DNA from: Octopus vulgaris
Taxonomy: Eukaryota
Assembly (NCBI GenBank): GCA_951406725.2
Contig: OX597828.1
Coordinates: 43,338,001 to 43,402,000 of the forward strand
Direction of reading: 5' to 3'
Length of the DNA: 64,000 nucleotides
Shown: one piece after another, positions 30,302-45,217 of the stretch
Layout of the letters: each line of letters starts with the position of its first letter
How positions within the stretch are numbered: position 1 is the stretch's first letter
Position numbers and translations under genes: made by a program
Notes under the pieces: model-generated
What the model saw: only the letters and a program-made list of their open reading frames with translations
The model's database searches: none
Told to the model about the DNA's origin: nothing

Positions 30302-31082
30302 TGTATACATACATACATTTATGCGTGTTTTAGCTTGGAAATTATTACATTATATTTGTTTAGGGTTTTCACTGTTAATAATTATCGATCTGACCTCGTA
30401 GCAAACATTTATGTGTGTTATGTCTATGTTTTTACGTTTGATGGGTGGTGAGGATTGTTGCTGGTATTTTTTGATTGCGCAAAACCTTAAAATACCCAAC
30501 ATCCTCTACCAAATTTATATTTATATTTGTCCCTCGTTACTCTGTCATTAACCTCTCTCTCTTTCTATCGCTGAACTAACTCTTGACTTAACAAACACTA
30601 CAACATATTCTCCCTGTGTTAGGCTAAAGGTTACCCGAAATTCTTATTTGAAGTGCATCTCCAATTGTCCGTATGTTTATCGTTTATCTAATTCATTTAT
30701 ATATTAGCAATACAACTTTCCCTATTCTCGTTACTGCTTCTAATTCGACCCACGCCATCATAACCGACTTCATGTTCATAATGAATTCATACATAAACAA
30801 CACGCATACACACACCCAGAAACATACTTACAAGTTTATTCACAGACACATCTATACACAAACACACACGCATATATTGAGACATAGATTGATAGGCACA
30901 TATAAGTATACACATACATGCTTATATATGTTCTTTTGCATATACGCATTAAATATATATATGTAGATATACGTGCGTGTGAGTTCGTGAATATTTTTGA
31001 TGTGTATAAATAAGTATGAAATTTATTTGTTTATATATACATGCCTATATACAGATATATATATATATACATGCCTATATAC

Positions 31083-31155
<73 letters not shown>

Positions 31156-31908
31156 AATATATACATATATATATATGTATGTATATATATATATATGTAT
31201 GTATAAGTATATATACATACACGCACTCATAGATCTGTGTGCATATATTTATGTGTACATATAGAGATACGTACAAATGTATGCAAAAAAAAAACAAACA
31301 AGCCAATATATATAATACAATATGACAATATAATAGAACAAAGTATTATGGAAGCTATTTATCTTCATTTCTAAAGCCTTTGCATAATATTATTAATAAA
31401 TATCGGTATAGATTGAAAGCAGGGTATTTTTAAACTAAAACTTCATTGATTAAACATGTCTTACTCACATTTAATTTAACGTTGCTATTATTAAATGTAC
31501 ACGCTCAATCGAATACAACCTCTAATTCTTAATTCTATCAACCTGGGTAATATATAAATTGCAGTTGATGATTTGGGCTTCCATACGACCAGAAGAGAGA
31601 GAGAGAGAGAGAGAAAAAAAAATCAAAACGAAGTAACTTAATTTCATTTCTCGGTTGGTGAATTTTATATTTGAGGTCTAACATGATATCAAGCATGAAT
31701 AATGTAAAATAGAAATTGGTGGAGATTGATGTTAGCACGTAAAATGGAAAGAACTGGCGAAGAGCTCAGTTGAGACTATTTATAATTTGTGGATCCCATT
31801 CGTTGTTTCTAATCATTTCACTTCACTTAAGTCTATATTGCCTTTGGGAAAGGCATGAACATCAGAAGGATCACTTCATATATATATATATATAATTTAT
31901 ATACACTC

Positions 31909-31968
<60 letters not shown>

Positions 31969-32158
31969 CATATACACTCATGTGTGTATATATATAAGTA
32001 TACGCACATTCATTCATGTATGTTTAATTGCATATATGTATATACTCCTGTGCATATATTCATACACACTGTACCCCCACATATATGTATGTATCTATAC
32101 ATATTCATGTTAGCATATGTGCTTCTCACTCACTGAATCTCTCTTTCTTTCTCTTTCG

Positions 32159-32226
<68 letters not shown>

Positions 32227-32619
32227 TTATGTATGTGTCTGTGCATACATTTAAACATATATATATATATATATATATCTACAAACACACGTACACATAC
32301 ACGTACATACACACGCACACATATGCACAGATGCACATATATACATACACACATGTACACTCTCTCTCTCTTTCTCTCTCTCACACACACACATGTATAT
32401 ATATCGGTGTGCAATCCTACACAGCTATATCTATACATGTATACAAATATGCGTATCTAACCAAAATCAATTTTGAACTACTCTTATACGGTATCTCCAT
32501 TTATATATTTTTTTTATATCTTGCTTTCACTACAGAATCGAGTATAGCCCTCTATGTCTTTGGTACAAACAGATTTTTTTCTGTATTCCATTGAAAATTA
32601 TTCTATTTACTCGGTTCCA

Positions 32620-32960
32620 TTGAAAACTAATATATATACACTGCCTAGCAGTGATATTTTCGGTATGTTTTGTACATGAATAAATTTTCCGATTGTGTTA
32701 GAAATTTTTTTACTTCTTTCCGTGTTAATCATTGGTATTGCAGCTATCATTAGAAAGATTATTTCTGCATTCAAACAACACATTTTGGTTATCTATATTT
32801 CCATAGTTTGGTATTTCCATAGTGTATCCAGTTCTATTAACGTTACATTATCCTCTATATTGATTGATTCATCGGCCAGGATAAATTTCCTTTCGTGTTG
32901 TTACTTAACAACAACATCTGGTTGATTCGTCTTTAATATAATGTTAGACTACATTGCTAT
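32620..32960 (-). mobile_element. Highly decayed R4/Dong-type RLE fragment
   Basis: KTNQPDVVVK...ILAD.SI..EDNVTL.E...LWKYQTMEI*ITKM...PKISLLGSVYIL aligns by eye with the 5626 and 6243 peptides. Confidence 0.6.
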
Positions 32961-33244
32961 GCTTACTCATCGTATTCGGTTTATGTAGTTTCGCTCAATA
33001 TTAACATATTTTGCGGCGCACAAGTCGAATTTTTGGGACCAAAACATACAGTTAAGTAGGACAGTGGACTTATAGACAAAAAGAATGTGGAGGACTAATA
33101 ATTTCATGCGTAATGACGCAGGGTGTGGAAAAATAGTGGCAATGTTCAAATGTTTAGACTACATGTTTATATTAATACTTCAACGACACGTATGCCTTCA
33201 AATGTTGTATATCAATGATTTGCCTACATACATACCGGCCTCCC

Positions 33245-33470
33245 TGTCTACCTACATACTTACCTACCTACCTACCTACCTACCTACCTACCTACCTACC
33301 TACCTACCTACCTACCTACCTACCTACCTACCTACCTACCTACATACCTACCTACCTACCGACCTACCTACCTACCTACATACCTACCTACCTACCTACC
33401 TACCTACCTACCTTTCCACCCACCTACCTACCTACCTACCTACCTACTAGCCTCCCTAACTACCTACCTC
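33245..33470. repeat. (CCTA)n microsatellite
   Basis: Directly visible. Confidence 0.95.
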
Positions 33471-33543
33471 TGTATGTCTGTCCATCTATACCTCAGTTTC
33501 CACATCAAGTTGTCAGTCAACATGTGTGTCTGTCAGCCATTTA

Positions 33544-33576
<33 letters not shown>

Positions 33577-33608
33577 TGGAAAGCAAGCTTCTTACCACTA
33601 CGTCTGTA

Positions 33609-33656
<48 letters not shown>

Positions 33657-33779
33657 TATATTCACTTATATATATGTGGACAAGATTATTAAAAAATTCT
33701 TTATATTTTTCCTATGTGATTTTTTTTACACATATCTAAATAAATTATTTTCTCCTTCCCACCAGGATTTATTGTTGAA

Positions 33780-33833
33780 GCTCTGACGAAGCTATGTGTG
33801 TTTTGCAACTTATAGCAGAAACTGTTATAAACG
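33780..33833 (+). ncRNA. Degenerate hammerhead-like motif
   Basis: CTGACGA-AGCTAT..ATAGCA-GAAA; stems I and III decayed. Confidence 0.4.
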
Positions 33834-34789
33834 AATGGAGTTCATTATTTAATTTTCTTATTCTTTTATCATTTGTTTAGCTTCTCAAATGTGTGTGCGT
33901 GTGTGTATATACAAATATACATATGTGTGTGTGCATGTGTGTATGTGTGAATGTGTGTGTGTTGGTGACATCCTGTGTATGTATATATATTATATTATTT
34001 ATTATTTAATTTCCAAGTAATCTTATCTTCACCTTTTTTCATGCCACTCTCTACTCTATATCTTTCTCTAATTCCCTTTCTCTATATATACACACACGCA
34101 CACATATATGTTTGTATGCATGCATGCATGTATGTATGTATGCATGTATGTATGTATGTATGTATGTATGTATGTATGTATGTATGTATGTATGTGTGAA
34201 TAACTTTCAGGACTAGTGCTGTTTCCTTCGTCAAAGAAGAAACCTCAATATATATATAAATGTAGGTTCTTTGTTTAGCAAATAATTGTATTTCTACTTG
34301 ATATATTAATTACTTGAAGTCGGTATGTTTTTATTTATATAAGTGTTTGTGTGTGTGTGCGTGCGCCTATGTGTATGTGAGTGTGCGTGTGTCTCCGTAT
34401 GTGAATTAATATATATTTCAAACTAGTCGAGACGATCTGCTCTGTGGTATTTTTTGAAGTCACGGTGTGTGTTGTATGGTTACCAGCCGGGATACAGCTG
34501 CCTGTTGTTCTAAACACCGTGCTGCTTCTCTTAATCAGGGTAAAGCCTTACTTTGAAAGAATAACAACATTAGACTTTTAATATGTCTGTCAAACAATTT
34601 TTATTGTATATCTTCATACGTTTGTGATTCCATGAATCATTCAACAGACAAATATTAACATAAATTTATCTTAGAAAAATGCATGTAATAGACAATTCTG
34701 TTTAACGTATAAAGATCCAATTAGGTACAATTTTATATAATTTTTTTCTCTACTGTTAAGAAAATACCAGTAATATATACGGTAATATC

Positions 34790-35022
34790 TACTTCTGTAC
34801 TACCCACAAGGGGCTAAACGCAGAGAGGACAAACAAGGACAGACAAACGGATTAAGTCGATTATATGGACCCCAGTGCGTAACTGGTACTTATTTAATCG
34901 ACCCCGAAAGGATGAAAGGCAAAGTCGACCTCGGCGGAATTTGAACTCAGAATGTGAAGACAGACGAAATACCGCTAAGCATTCCGTCCGGCGTGCTAAC
35001 GATTCTGCCAGCTCACCGCCTT
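34790..35022 (-). mobile_element. SINE B1 with 14-bp target-site duplication
   Basis: TATACGGTAATATC at 34776-34789 and 35023-35036. Confidence 0.92.
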
Positions 35023-37236
35023 TATACGGTAATATCGTGTGACGCTTCGCTTCTTTACATCAACTTCCATGAATTTATCTTTTTGTATCCAGAAAGAGAA
35101 TTAGAAATGGCTCTGTTTAAATACGACATAAAATGCTAGCACAGAATGCATTATTACATTACAAAGAAACACTCGAGATACGTTAGATTTGAAGAAAGTT
35201 CGAATAAAACAATATAAAAAAGGTTTGAATAATGTTTACACACGTGCTTACGAAGACTCATGAATACGCATGTAAGCAATATTGTATAGAGACATAGAAT
35301 TACACAAGAACAGACAGACAGACAGACAGACACATACACACATGTATATATATATATATATATTTTTGTGTAGTTCGTTTAATGGATATTTGCTTTTCGT
35401 TGAAGTGCTTTGTTGAATCAGCGTTAGAATAAAATAAACCATATGTTTGTGTGCTTGTGTGTTTTGTGTGTGTGTGTCTGTGTATGTGTGAGTGTGTGTG
35501 TGTGTGTGTGTTGCTGCGTGTGAATGTGCATTACCCTATAATCATTTTAATTCTTCACATTTGTTTTCTTTTCGGTTCGTCAATTAAATAATCACAGCTC
35601 AGCCTGCTGAAGGCTTGAGTTGAAGAAAAATTTTCAAAATGGCGTCCGTTGTAATTTGCGCATCAATTTGAAGACACCTGAAAAGTGTTGTTATCGGGTT
35701 TGACTTTTTAAGCTGGACTATTTAACTCTGCTACTTGTCGCATAAGTGTTCACGTTTTTTAAATAGCGATAAAATTTACAAAACTCCTCTTTCGCTATGC
35801 TCCCACCACACTCTCGTCTTCTTTTTTTCCTTTCAAAAATATATATCTGTGTGTGTGTATGTATGTGTATATATATATGTATTTATGTATGTATGTTTAT
35901 ATATGTGTACATGTCTATAAATGTATGTGTATGTCTATATGTATGTACGTATATATATTTGTGCTTTTTTACACTTGAGGTTTTTAACCATTTAGTATGA
36001 TTCAGTGTCGTGTTATCTTGACAAAAAGTTCAAGTTGAGGGATCGTTAGAAGTCGTGATTATGTGTGTTTTAAGCAGGAAGGGTGGTGCTGGTTGATGGA
36101 AGGGTTTTCAGGGATTACACTTCTTAAACCTTTTGTCTGAATATCTGAAGTAAAAGGTCTAGCTGACAAAACAAAGCAGAAGAGAACATAAAAAAAAAGA
36201 GTTTCGAAAAGAATGCATCTGAGGGCTATGCAAGCTATCATTGTTTAACACAAATTAGAAAGACGAAGAATTATAAGATATGGCAGTTAGTTACTGATAA
36301 AAACAAAGGAAAAAAAGAAGAAAAACACAGACAGACAGAAGGGAAATCCTTAGAATATACGGACTTAAAATGACAACCACTGGAACGGGGCCTATAAAGA
36401 TGAAGTTGAAACAAGAACAAAACGAAGAGAGGATAAAAAAAGAGAGAGAGATAGAAAAACAAAACTAGAAAACAAAGATAAAACGAATAACAAATGAAAG
36501 GATTGCAACAATCTAGTCTTTATTCTGTACTCGAATAATTAGATTTGGATTAAATGCCTTTTAGACTGGTTAAGGGTGTTATCTAATAAGAGCTATAGCG
36601 TGATATGTTGCCAAGTTAAAACCCAAAGCAAGAAATCTCGTTGTCAATTAACAGGTTTTTATTTAGAACTTACGATCTATTGTTTACCTATATTACTGTT
36701 TTGTGATCTTTTAAAGGCGTTTTGTTTTTATATTTTTAAGGGAGGCGTCACTTCCCGAAGTACATATTATATAAGTGCTGCGTGCGTGAGTATACATGCA
36801 TATATTTACATACATACGTATGTATATACGTATAAATATATTTTAGAAACATAAGTAGATAGACACACACAGAAATACGTACGCACACACACATTTACAT
36901 ATGCATATATATGTATACACATATTTATACGTACATACACACACATATATATATGTATGTATTTATGTGTTTGTGTGTGAGTATGTGTTATCTTTTACTC
37001 GTTTCAGCCACTCGTCTGTGGCCATCTTGGGATACCGCTTCCAGAAGGTTAATCAAACAAATAGAGCCATGTACTGCTTCTTTTCCTTTGAGCGTTGTAC
37101 TTATTCTATCGGTCTCTTATTTTCGAGCCACTAAGTCACGGGGACAAACTAACACTATCCAACACTACATTTCAAGCGATGGTGAGAAAGAAACACAGAC
37201 ACAAACACCCCCACAATCACCCATGTATACATACAT

Positions 37237-37268
<32 letters not shown>

Positions 37269-37297
37269 TTATATATATATATATATATATATTAAAA

Positions 37298-37595
37298 GGA
37301 GCACTCCGTCGGTTACGACGACGACGAATGTCCCAGCTGATACATGAAATTAAAGTTCAAGTGGCTGAGCACTCCACAGACACGTGTACCTTTAACGTAC
37401 TTCTCAGGGAAGGTTCAGCGTGACAGAGTGTGACAAGGGTGTCCCTTTGAAATACAGGTACAACTCATTTTTGCCAGCTGAGTGGACTGGAGCAACGTGA
37501 AATAAAGTGTCTTGCTCAAGGACACAACGCGTCACTGAACTCACGACCTTACAATCGTGAGCCGAATGCCCTCACCACTTAGTCACGTGCCTTCG
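37298..37595 (-). mobile_element. tRNA-head CORE-like SINE family C
   Basis: Head followed by TGTGTCCTTGAGCAAGACACTTTATTTCACGTTGCTCCAGTCCACTCAGCTG. Confidence 0.8.
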
Positions 37596-37645
37596 ACATA
37601 TATATATATGATATACATGTATGTATGTGTATATATATATATGTA

Positions 37646-37789
<144 letters not shown>

Positions 37790-37814
37790 ATATGTTACAT
37801 TACTCGATAGTCAA

Positions 37815-37875
37815 GATAAAACTCTGAGTTTCAGATGCCGAAGTGGGAATCCACAACGCCATCTCTTCGGTTATC
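37815..37875 (-). ncRNA. Hammerhead ribozyme motif, U4C core variant
   Basis: Minus strand GATAA-CCGAAGA-GATG..CATCT-GAAA-CTCAGAG-TT-TTATC; all three stems pair. Confidence 0.65.
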
Positions 37876-37922
37876 TGGTTATTTGAAAACGCTATGAAAA
37901 AATACCGTTTCTTACCGTTTTA

Positions 37923-37974
<52 letters not shown>

Positions 37975-38466
37975 TATATGCGTGTGTGTGTGTGTGTGTG
38001 TGTGTGTATACATATGTAGATAGGATGGTTTTTTCAAGTTTCTTTTTACCAAATCCGCTCACTAGGGTTTGACCTCCAACACGAGGCTATATCAAAAGAC
38101 TGTTGCCCAAAATGCCATGCAATGCAACCGAACCCGAAACCATGTGGTTAGGATGTAAAACTTAGTACGACAGAGCCACTCTTGCGCTGCGCCCATATCA
38201 TGACGTGAAACTAGATAACGCTTGTGTTCACGGTTCGAATGAATTTGTATCAGAATGAGAGAAAGGGAAATTTGAATCACAGCTCTGAACACAAACGCAA
38301 AGAAGCGTAATTATTAATTGTAAATTGCCCCTCAAATGACGGGTTCTTTCAGTTGGTTGCTCATCATAAAGACACCCACCTCGAATTAGCTCCGTACTTT
38401 GTTAGAAGAAGCCTGTACTCCGTTTTCCATTGAATGGTCATCTGTTGCGTAGAAATAAAAATGTAT

Positions 38467-38670
38467 AGGCGTAATTATGGCTACGGTTGATAAGCTCAAT
38501 TCGCTTCGAATTGGGTCCTACAGTGTAGCACCTTGGGCAAGGTACTTCTTCTGTAGTCCCGGGTCGACCAATGTGTGTTGAGTGAATTTTTGGAGGCAGA
38601 CGAAAACTGTGAGGTAAGTCGTCGTACCTATATGTGTTAGTGTGTGCATGAATGTGTGTGCTCGTGTGTG

Positions 38671-38727
<57 letters not shown>

Positions 38728-38930
38728 TTTGGTTTTCAGTTGTGTACTATCACCTTTGACAACCGGTGTTAACTTATTTACGTCCCTGTAACTTGGCGTT
38801 TCGGCAGAGAGACTGGCAGAAGAAGTAGTTGATCTTCAAAAGAAATTACAGGGGTCGATTTTCCGACTAAATACTTCATGCTGGGGCCTCTGCATGGATG
38901 CATTCCAATAACTTAAACCAGCAACAGAAG
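38467..38930 (+). mobile_element. Old diverged SINE family A copy
   Basis: CACCTTGGGCAAG, internal (TG)n, TTTACGTCCCTGTAACTT, GGGGTCGATT. Confidence 0.7.
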
Positions 38931-39559
38931 AAATTTACTGTGGAAGACCAATGAACGAACGAATCTTCTCTTTCATTGCTTGGAGTGTAACAATAATATC
39001 TGAGGGTAACAACAACAACGTTATTAGTTTACAAGGGATTATTTAAAGTTCATGCACTGAAAATCGAGCTGTATTTTAGCTAAACATAATGAGTTATAAT
39101 AACAATAGGGAGAGGCCGTTCAACGTTTAACTAAAAAGATTATGATGATAAAATACCTGTTTGTTATCTAATTTTAATACAATAAGGCTGTTATCCTTCA
39201 GAAAAACAATTTACAGTAAGATATAATGTCGTCGCTATAGTGTGTTCGTGGCCACTCCTGCGCAGTCTTAAATCACTGTCAAATACCGCGCAGCAGTCAG
39301 TAAATAGACTGATAACGTTACTACACGAACAAAACACCTTCTTATAAAATTATATGCCAGATGACTGCGTTATAAGTTACTCCAGAGAAAGAGCCAAAGT
39401 CAACGAGGGACAAAATTCTGGGTCACCGAACCTGTTAGAAATAGCAGCTTAAAACGTCCATAAAAATTGATTTAAGCATCCAAAGATGGTGAAGGTACTT
39501 CAGGTAATTCTAAAAGACGGCGAGTTGTCATTGTTAGATGACTGATCATTGGGTTTGAT

Positions 39560-40190
39560 CGGCTAGGTTTCATCCGGTACTAAGAGACAACTACAACCAG
39601 GGTTTGATCCGTTACTGAATGACAACTATTACTAGGCTTGATTCGTTACTAAATGACGAATATTACCAGGTTTGATCCGTTACTACATGACAACTATTCT
39701 CAGGTTTGATCCAGTACTAAATGACGACTTTTCTCAGGTTTGATCCAGTACTAAATGACGACTTTTCCCAGGTTTGATCCGGTACTACACGACAACTATT
39801 ACCAGAGTTGATCCGGTACTAAATGGCAACTATTCCCAGGTTTGATCCGGTACTAAATAACAACTATTCCCAGGTTTGATCCGGTACTAAATGACGAATA
39901 TTACCAGGTTTGATCCGTTACTAAATATCGACTATTCCCAGGTTTGAGCCGGTACTAAATAACAACTATTACCAGAGTCGATCCGGTACTAAATGGCAAC
40001 TTTTCCCAGGTTTGATCCAGTACTAAATAACAACTATTACCAGGTTTGAGCCGGTACTAAATGAGAGCTATTACCAGGTTTGATCCGTTACTACATGACA
40101 ACTATTCCCAGGTACTAAATGACAAATATTACCAGGTTTCATCCGTTGCTAAATGACATCTTATAACCGGGTTTGATCCATTATTTAAAC
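39560..40190. repeat. 34-bp minisatellite, about 18 units
   Basis: Consensus CCAGGTTTGATCCGGTACTAAATGACAACTATTM; TTTGATCC at 39841 and 39875. Confidence 0.95.
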
Positions 40191-43067
40191 GAAGCCCTTG
40201 TCACGGTTTGACTGACAACCTAGTTACGCTTGAGGAAATTACAACTAGTGGATACCTGGGCAAAATGCTTTTAATACTTACACCCCTTTCATGAAAGTTT
40301 GAGGCCAAGTGTGTAGGGAGTTTAGCTCACAATCTTGAACTTGTGGATTCCATGTCTGGACCTGGGACCTGGCGGCACGTTGAGGACTTTTACGTTGATG
40401 CAGTTTCCTGAACTTAAATGAATATCGTCTCTTTGTCTCTCTGTCACTCACTCTCTCTCTCTTCCTGCTGTCAAATCTTCGAAATTCCCTTGTATCAATG
40501 ATGGAACAACCAAGGTTTCTATGTCCACCTAGGCATCTAAAACAATTAGTGAAATCATCTTACCAGATCCTAATCGCTTACCAGTGACAGACTTCCCTTT
40601 ACATTATATAGTCTGAAATCTCGTCCCAGATTTGCTATTTCTTTTTCATTCTTTTTGATAAAGCGTCGCCCAGTCAATGAGATTATTTAATAACCTCTTA
40701 GCTGCGTCATGGTTTGTAGTTTCTTTCATTTTGGTTAAGGTAAAAATTATGCAGAAATTATTTGCATAGATTACGTTTGTAATTAAAAAGGCCAACGTTA
40801 CCAACTAATGTGTTAAACTGATTTTGCCCGAGGATTAAGTGATTAACTTTACAACCACTTACATATTATTCAGAGATTATACAGTTTCATAGATGGCACA
40901 ACTCAAATAAAATTGATACGAAATCCATTTACTTTTAATTTTACTGTATAGATTCTTGTGATGCGCCAAACATCTCTGATTTATCTCCAATACAGGAAAT
41001 GAAACACTGTGGTGTTTAAAACTTTTCTCATCTGCAATAACGACGTCGTGGGAAAAGTTGAAAAGAAAATCACCAGTTGTAAGAAGTCGATAACGCGAAA
41101 CTTGTAATGGGTATGTGTGAAGATAGGGCCAGCATTAAGGGCGGCAACTGCTTTGATAAATGATTCTTAGATACACATTATGCTTGAGGTTTATATGGAA
41201 AAGGAAATAGAAAGAATTGATGTTAATGTGTTTCTCAAAGACATTAAGCAAGCGACAAGACAGTCATAGAGTATGAAAGTCAATTCTCAGTAGCGTTTAC
41301 TTTGATCTATATAGATAGTGACATATTCTATAATGAAAGATGGTTCCATTATTTACGAAGTGTTTTCTTATGGAATCACATTTGCCAAACTGTATTTCCT
41401 GTTAACATCTTCATGAACTACATTAGTGTTGCGCTGTATAGTAACCTGATGCTGGAACTTCGAGCTATTGTGTTCGGGACTGTTGCAACTACAGGAAACG
41501 ACAGTGTTTATATTTATAGAATTTTTGAACCGAATTAAGTATGAAGAACAAAGCATTCTCTTGTCACCCGTTAAAAGGAAATATTTTCATTTATAACTTT
41601 CAACGATATATATAATTATGCCTTTCATTGATATATATATAATTATGCTTTTCAACGATCTATATACTTATATGACTTTCAACGATGTATTTAATTATAA
41701 TATGATACGTACATGGGGATTTTCAGATAATGTTGTTTTGTATTGCGTACACCAAACTTTTTTACTGCCCGACATGCTTTCCGCAATATCAATGAATATA
41801 AGAATTAATGTTTCCTATTTATTGGATAACAATTTTCGTGTTAGCAGACAGCAATCGAATGCATGGCATTGAAAAGCTTCTGCAAACGTGAAACGAGTCT
41901 GCATTTCTAGCGAGTCACTCCTGCTGGTACTTCATCACATTGATCCAGAAGGAATGTAAAGCAAATTTGACTTTGGCGTTATTTGAACTCAGAACGTGCA
42001 GGGCCCAAAGTTATATTGCTATGCTTTTGCTTCGACATTGTAATGAATCTGTCTCTTCACCGCTTTTGCCAGCACGACCATTCTTTTCTTCTACAGGCAC
42101 ATGGTCTGATAATTTTGAGGAGGGGGTGTAGTCGAAATTTCGGGGGAAACTGGTACTTGTTTTATCGACCCCTAAAGAAAGAAAGGCAAAGTCGATCTCG
42201 GTAGTATTTGAACTTGTACCGCAAAGTCAGAAGAAATACTGCTTAACATTTTGTCCTCGAGCTAACCACATTCTACCAGCTCACAGCGTTTGCCCGCTCG
42301 AATAATAATTTTATATATTTTCTCGTGCATGGTCTGACAATAAAAAGAACGATTCCTCTATAAGATTTGAAGTCGCACCGATTAGAACTAAAAACTGAAA
42401 CTGCAAATACATTCTTCCGGCAAGTGCTGTGTATGTCGACAATCCCTAGAGCTAGAACCAAAATAATTATATATGACAAAGACAGATTATATTGTGTGAT
42501 CCAGAGGGCAGAGATTGTGACATCTTTTTGTCGCCAAATAATTAATTACACAAGTAAGCTGACTCCTACAGGAAATCAGTCTCAGGTAGGCGCACATTAC
42601 AGCAGTTGACACTTCTCTATAATAAATAATGGTATCTTATCTAAAATAATGAAACATAATATTTAGGAAGTTGTGCGGTTCATGTGATATTCTATAAAAT
42701 GTTTGTTACTAGAGATCAAATCTGATAGAAATTAACGCAATAACGTATTCCAAATCATTCACCACACCTGAATTATATTTTTGAAGTTAAAGAAGAATTT
42801 TACGTTAGCTTTAACTGCGTCATGTCCAGAATACCACAGTGACAATTAACAATCATCTTTTCTGGACGGCCTCAATACCAGATTCCGCAAAAACTCTAAT
42901 GACTTGGTCGGTCAGTTACAAAAGTGGAAGATGAGAAAAGCTAACTCCAATGGCGGTGTGATCTTGACTGAATGAAAAGACGATAAAACTGCTTCTATCT
43001 TCGTCACATTTGTCATCGTCGTGATCACCTTCGCCGTCGTTGTCATCACCGTCGCAGCAGCCTTTGT

Positions 43068-43425
43068 CATTCGGGGGCGATAAAATAAATACCTATTTCT
43101 TTATTACCCACAAGGGGCTAAACATAGAGGGGACAAACAAGGACAGACAAAGGTATTAAGTCGATTACATCGACCCCAGTGCGGAACTGGTAATTAATTT
43201 ATCGACCCCAGTGCAGAACTGGTACTTAATTCATCGACCCCGATAGGATGAAAGGCAAAGTCAACCTCGGCGGAATTTGAACTCACAACGTAACGACAGA
43301 CGAAATACCGCTAAGCATTTCATCCGGCGTGCTAACGTTTCTGCCGCCTTCTTAAAATAAATACCAGTTAAGCACTGGGGTCGATGTAGTTTCAGATTTT
43401 GTGCCTATAGCAAAAGGATTATTAT
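43068..43425. mobile_element. SINE B1 (minus) inserted in SINE B2 (plus), 13-bp TSD
   Basis: TAAAATAAATACC at 43081-43093 and 43353-43365. Confidence 0.88.
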
Positions 43426-43430
43426 CATCA

Positions 43431-43603
43431 GGCGTAGGAGTGGCTGTGTGGTAAGTAGCTTGCTTACCAACCACATGGTTCCGGGTTCAGTCCCACTGCG
43501 TGGCACCTTGGGCAAGTGCCTTCTACAATAGCCTCGGGCCGAGAAAAGCCTTGTGAGTGGATTTGGTAGACGGAAGCTGACAGAAGCCCGTCGTATATAT
43601 GCG

Positions 43604-43635
<32 letters not shown>

Positions 43636-43862
43636 CGTGTGTGTGTGTGTGTATACGTTTGTGTGTCTGTGTTCGTTCCTCCACCATCACTTGACAACCG
43701 ATGGTGGTGTGTTTACGTCCCCGTAACTTAGCGGTTTGGCATAAGAAACCAATAGAATAAGTACTAGGCTTACAAAGAATAAGTCCTAGGGCCGATTTGC
43801 TCGGCTAAAGGCGGTGCACCAGCATGGTCACAGACAAATGACTAAAACAAGTAAAAAAGAGT
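43431..43862 (+). mobile_element. SINE family A
   Basis: Family match. Confidence 0.92.
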
Positions 43863-44292
43863 ATCAGTAATATAGGTACTAGTAATAAATGTAGCGAGGT
43901 GGAGCAGTCATTACTGTGACGATTTCTTCAGGTTTTATGCCCTGAGTTCAAATTACGGCTAGGTCGTTTGTGCCGTTCATCCTTTCGGGGTTGGTTAAAT
44001 AAGTACCAGTTAAGCACTGTCATCAATGTAATCCACATTCCCTCCTCGCAACATTTCTAGTATTCTGCCAAAAATTAGAAATAATTACTACTACTACTAC
44101 TACTAATCAGGCTAATCGTTTCCACTAAAGTCAGAAGGCTTGAAATTTCGGTGAGTGGTCCACTCGACAATAAAAAACTCCAGTGTTTTACTAGTACTTA
44201 ATTTATCGACCTCGAAAGGTTGAACCGTAAAGTCGAACTCGGCGGAATTTAAACCCAGGGCGTAAAGACATAGAGTACAAGTGTGTAAGTCG

Positions 44293-44339
<47 letters not shown>

Positions 44340-44342
<3 letters not shown>

Positions 44343-44580
44343 ATTTCTGTCAACATATGGCTATGATGCTCCCCCACTTCTGCTCATGATCAAAGATGCC
44401 TGTATCGTCAGGTAAGTAAGGAACATCCTCTAGTGGTTGATGTCAAGCAACTGACGATTAAATCTGTGGTATTGAGCAGAATATCTGGTGTAGACCTTCT
44501 CTTACACCAAGACAAAACATGTACATGTTAACACTTCCAATCAGTTAAGATCAGAAGTTAAGGGAGTCACTTACCTGGCT
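44340..44580 (-). mobile_element. Diverged partial copy of the 25612-26168 element
   Basis: AACACTTCCAATCAGTTAAGATCAGAAG and AAATCTGTGGTATTGAGCAGAATAT are reverse complements of 25648-25750. Confidence 0.85.
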
Positions 44581-44899
44581 GAAGAATTGCATACGAGGAG
44601 GGTATTGAAAAGACAATGATGCTATGCAACTTTCTGATTCGAAGATTGCAAACATAAGTATATAATAAAATTTTCAAGAGGAAGCCCCATTGGATTTAAT
44701 GTTTACAGGCCTACAAAGACGTGTGAGACAAAAACATAAATGCTGAATTTGAATAAAATTTGAACCAATATTTGCCGGAAAAGCATATGGTTGGAATATT
44801 TCATTAGTTCTCGAGGCGTAAGGAAGAGAATGATATGGTTAAGTGTTTAGTAAGAGCATGTCAAAAGTCTGTCTTGTGATGGAGAGATGAATAGGATTA

Positions 44900-45217
44900 G
44901 GGGACTCCCATCGGTCATGAATGTTTCCCTCCGAGGCACAAGTCTGGGCAATGTTGTTTGTGGAAGACCAGCAGTCGCCCATGCATGCTAGCCTCTCCTC
45001 TCCACACCACTGGTGTTATCCAAGGGAAAGACAAAGGCTGATACAGTTTGGCACCTGTGACGTCGCAACTGATTTCTACAGCAGCTGAGTGAACTGGAGC
45101 AACGTGAAATAAAATGTCTTGCTCAAGAACACAACACGCAGCCCGGTCCGGGAATCGAACTCACAACCTCACGATCGTAAGCTCGACGCTCTCAACACTG
45201 AGCCATGCGACTTCACT
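44900..45217 (-). mobile_element. SINE with family C head/CORE-like segment but a different 3' body
   Basis: GAGTTCGATTCCC box B and TTGAGCAAGACATTTTATTTCACGTTGCTCCAG shared with 37298-37595. Confidence 0.8.

Noticed and set aside
34198-34236. Minus-strand TTGACGA-AGGA..TCCT-GAAA
   Set aside because: C3 missing and stems I/III do not pair; at most a relic
35634-35648. YY1-like CAAAATGGCG motif suggesting a promoter
   Set aside because: Single short motif with no other support
39560-40190. Possible CRISPR array
   Set aside because: Units are contiguous without unique spacers; eukaryotic context and no cas genes
41320-41560. Possible decayed R4 zinc-knuckle (CRF.C...EH) on minus strand
   Set aside because: Too diverged to support by eye
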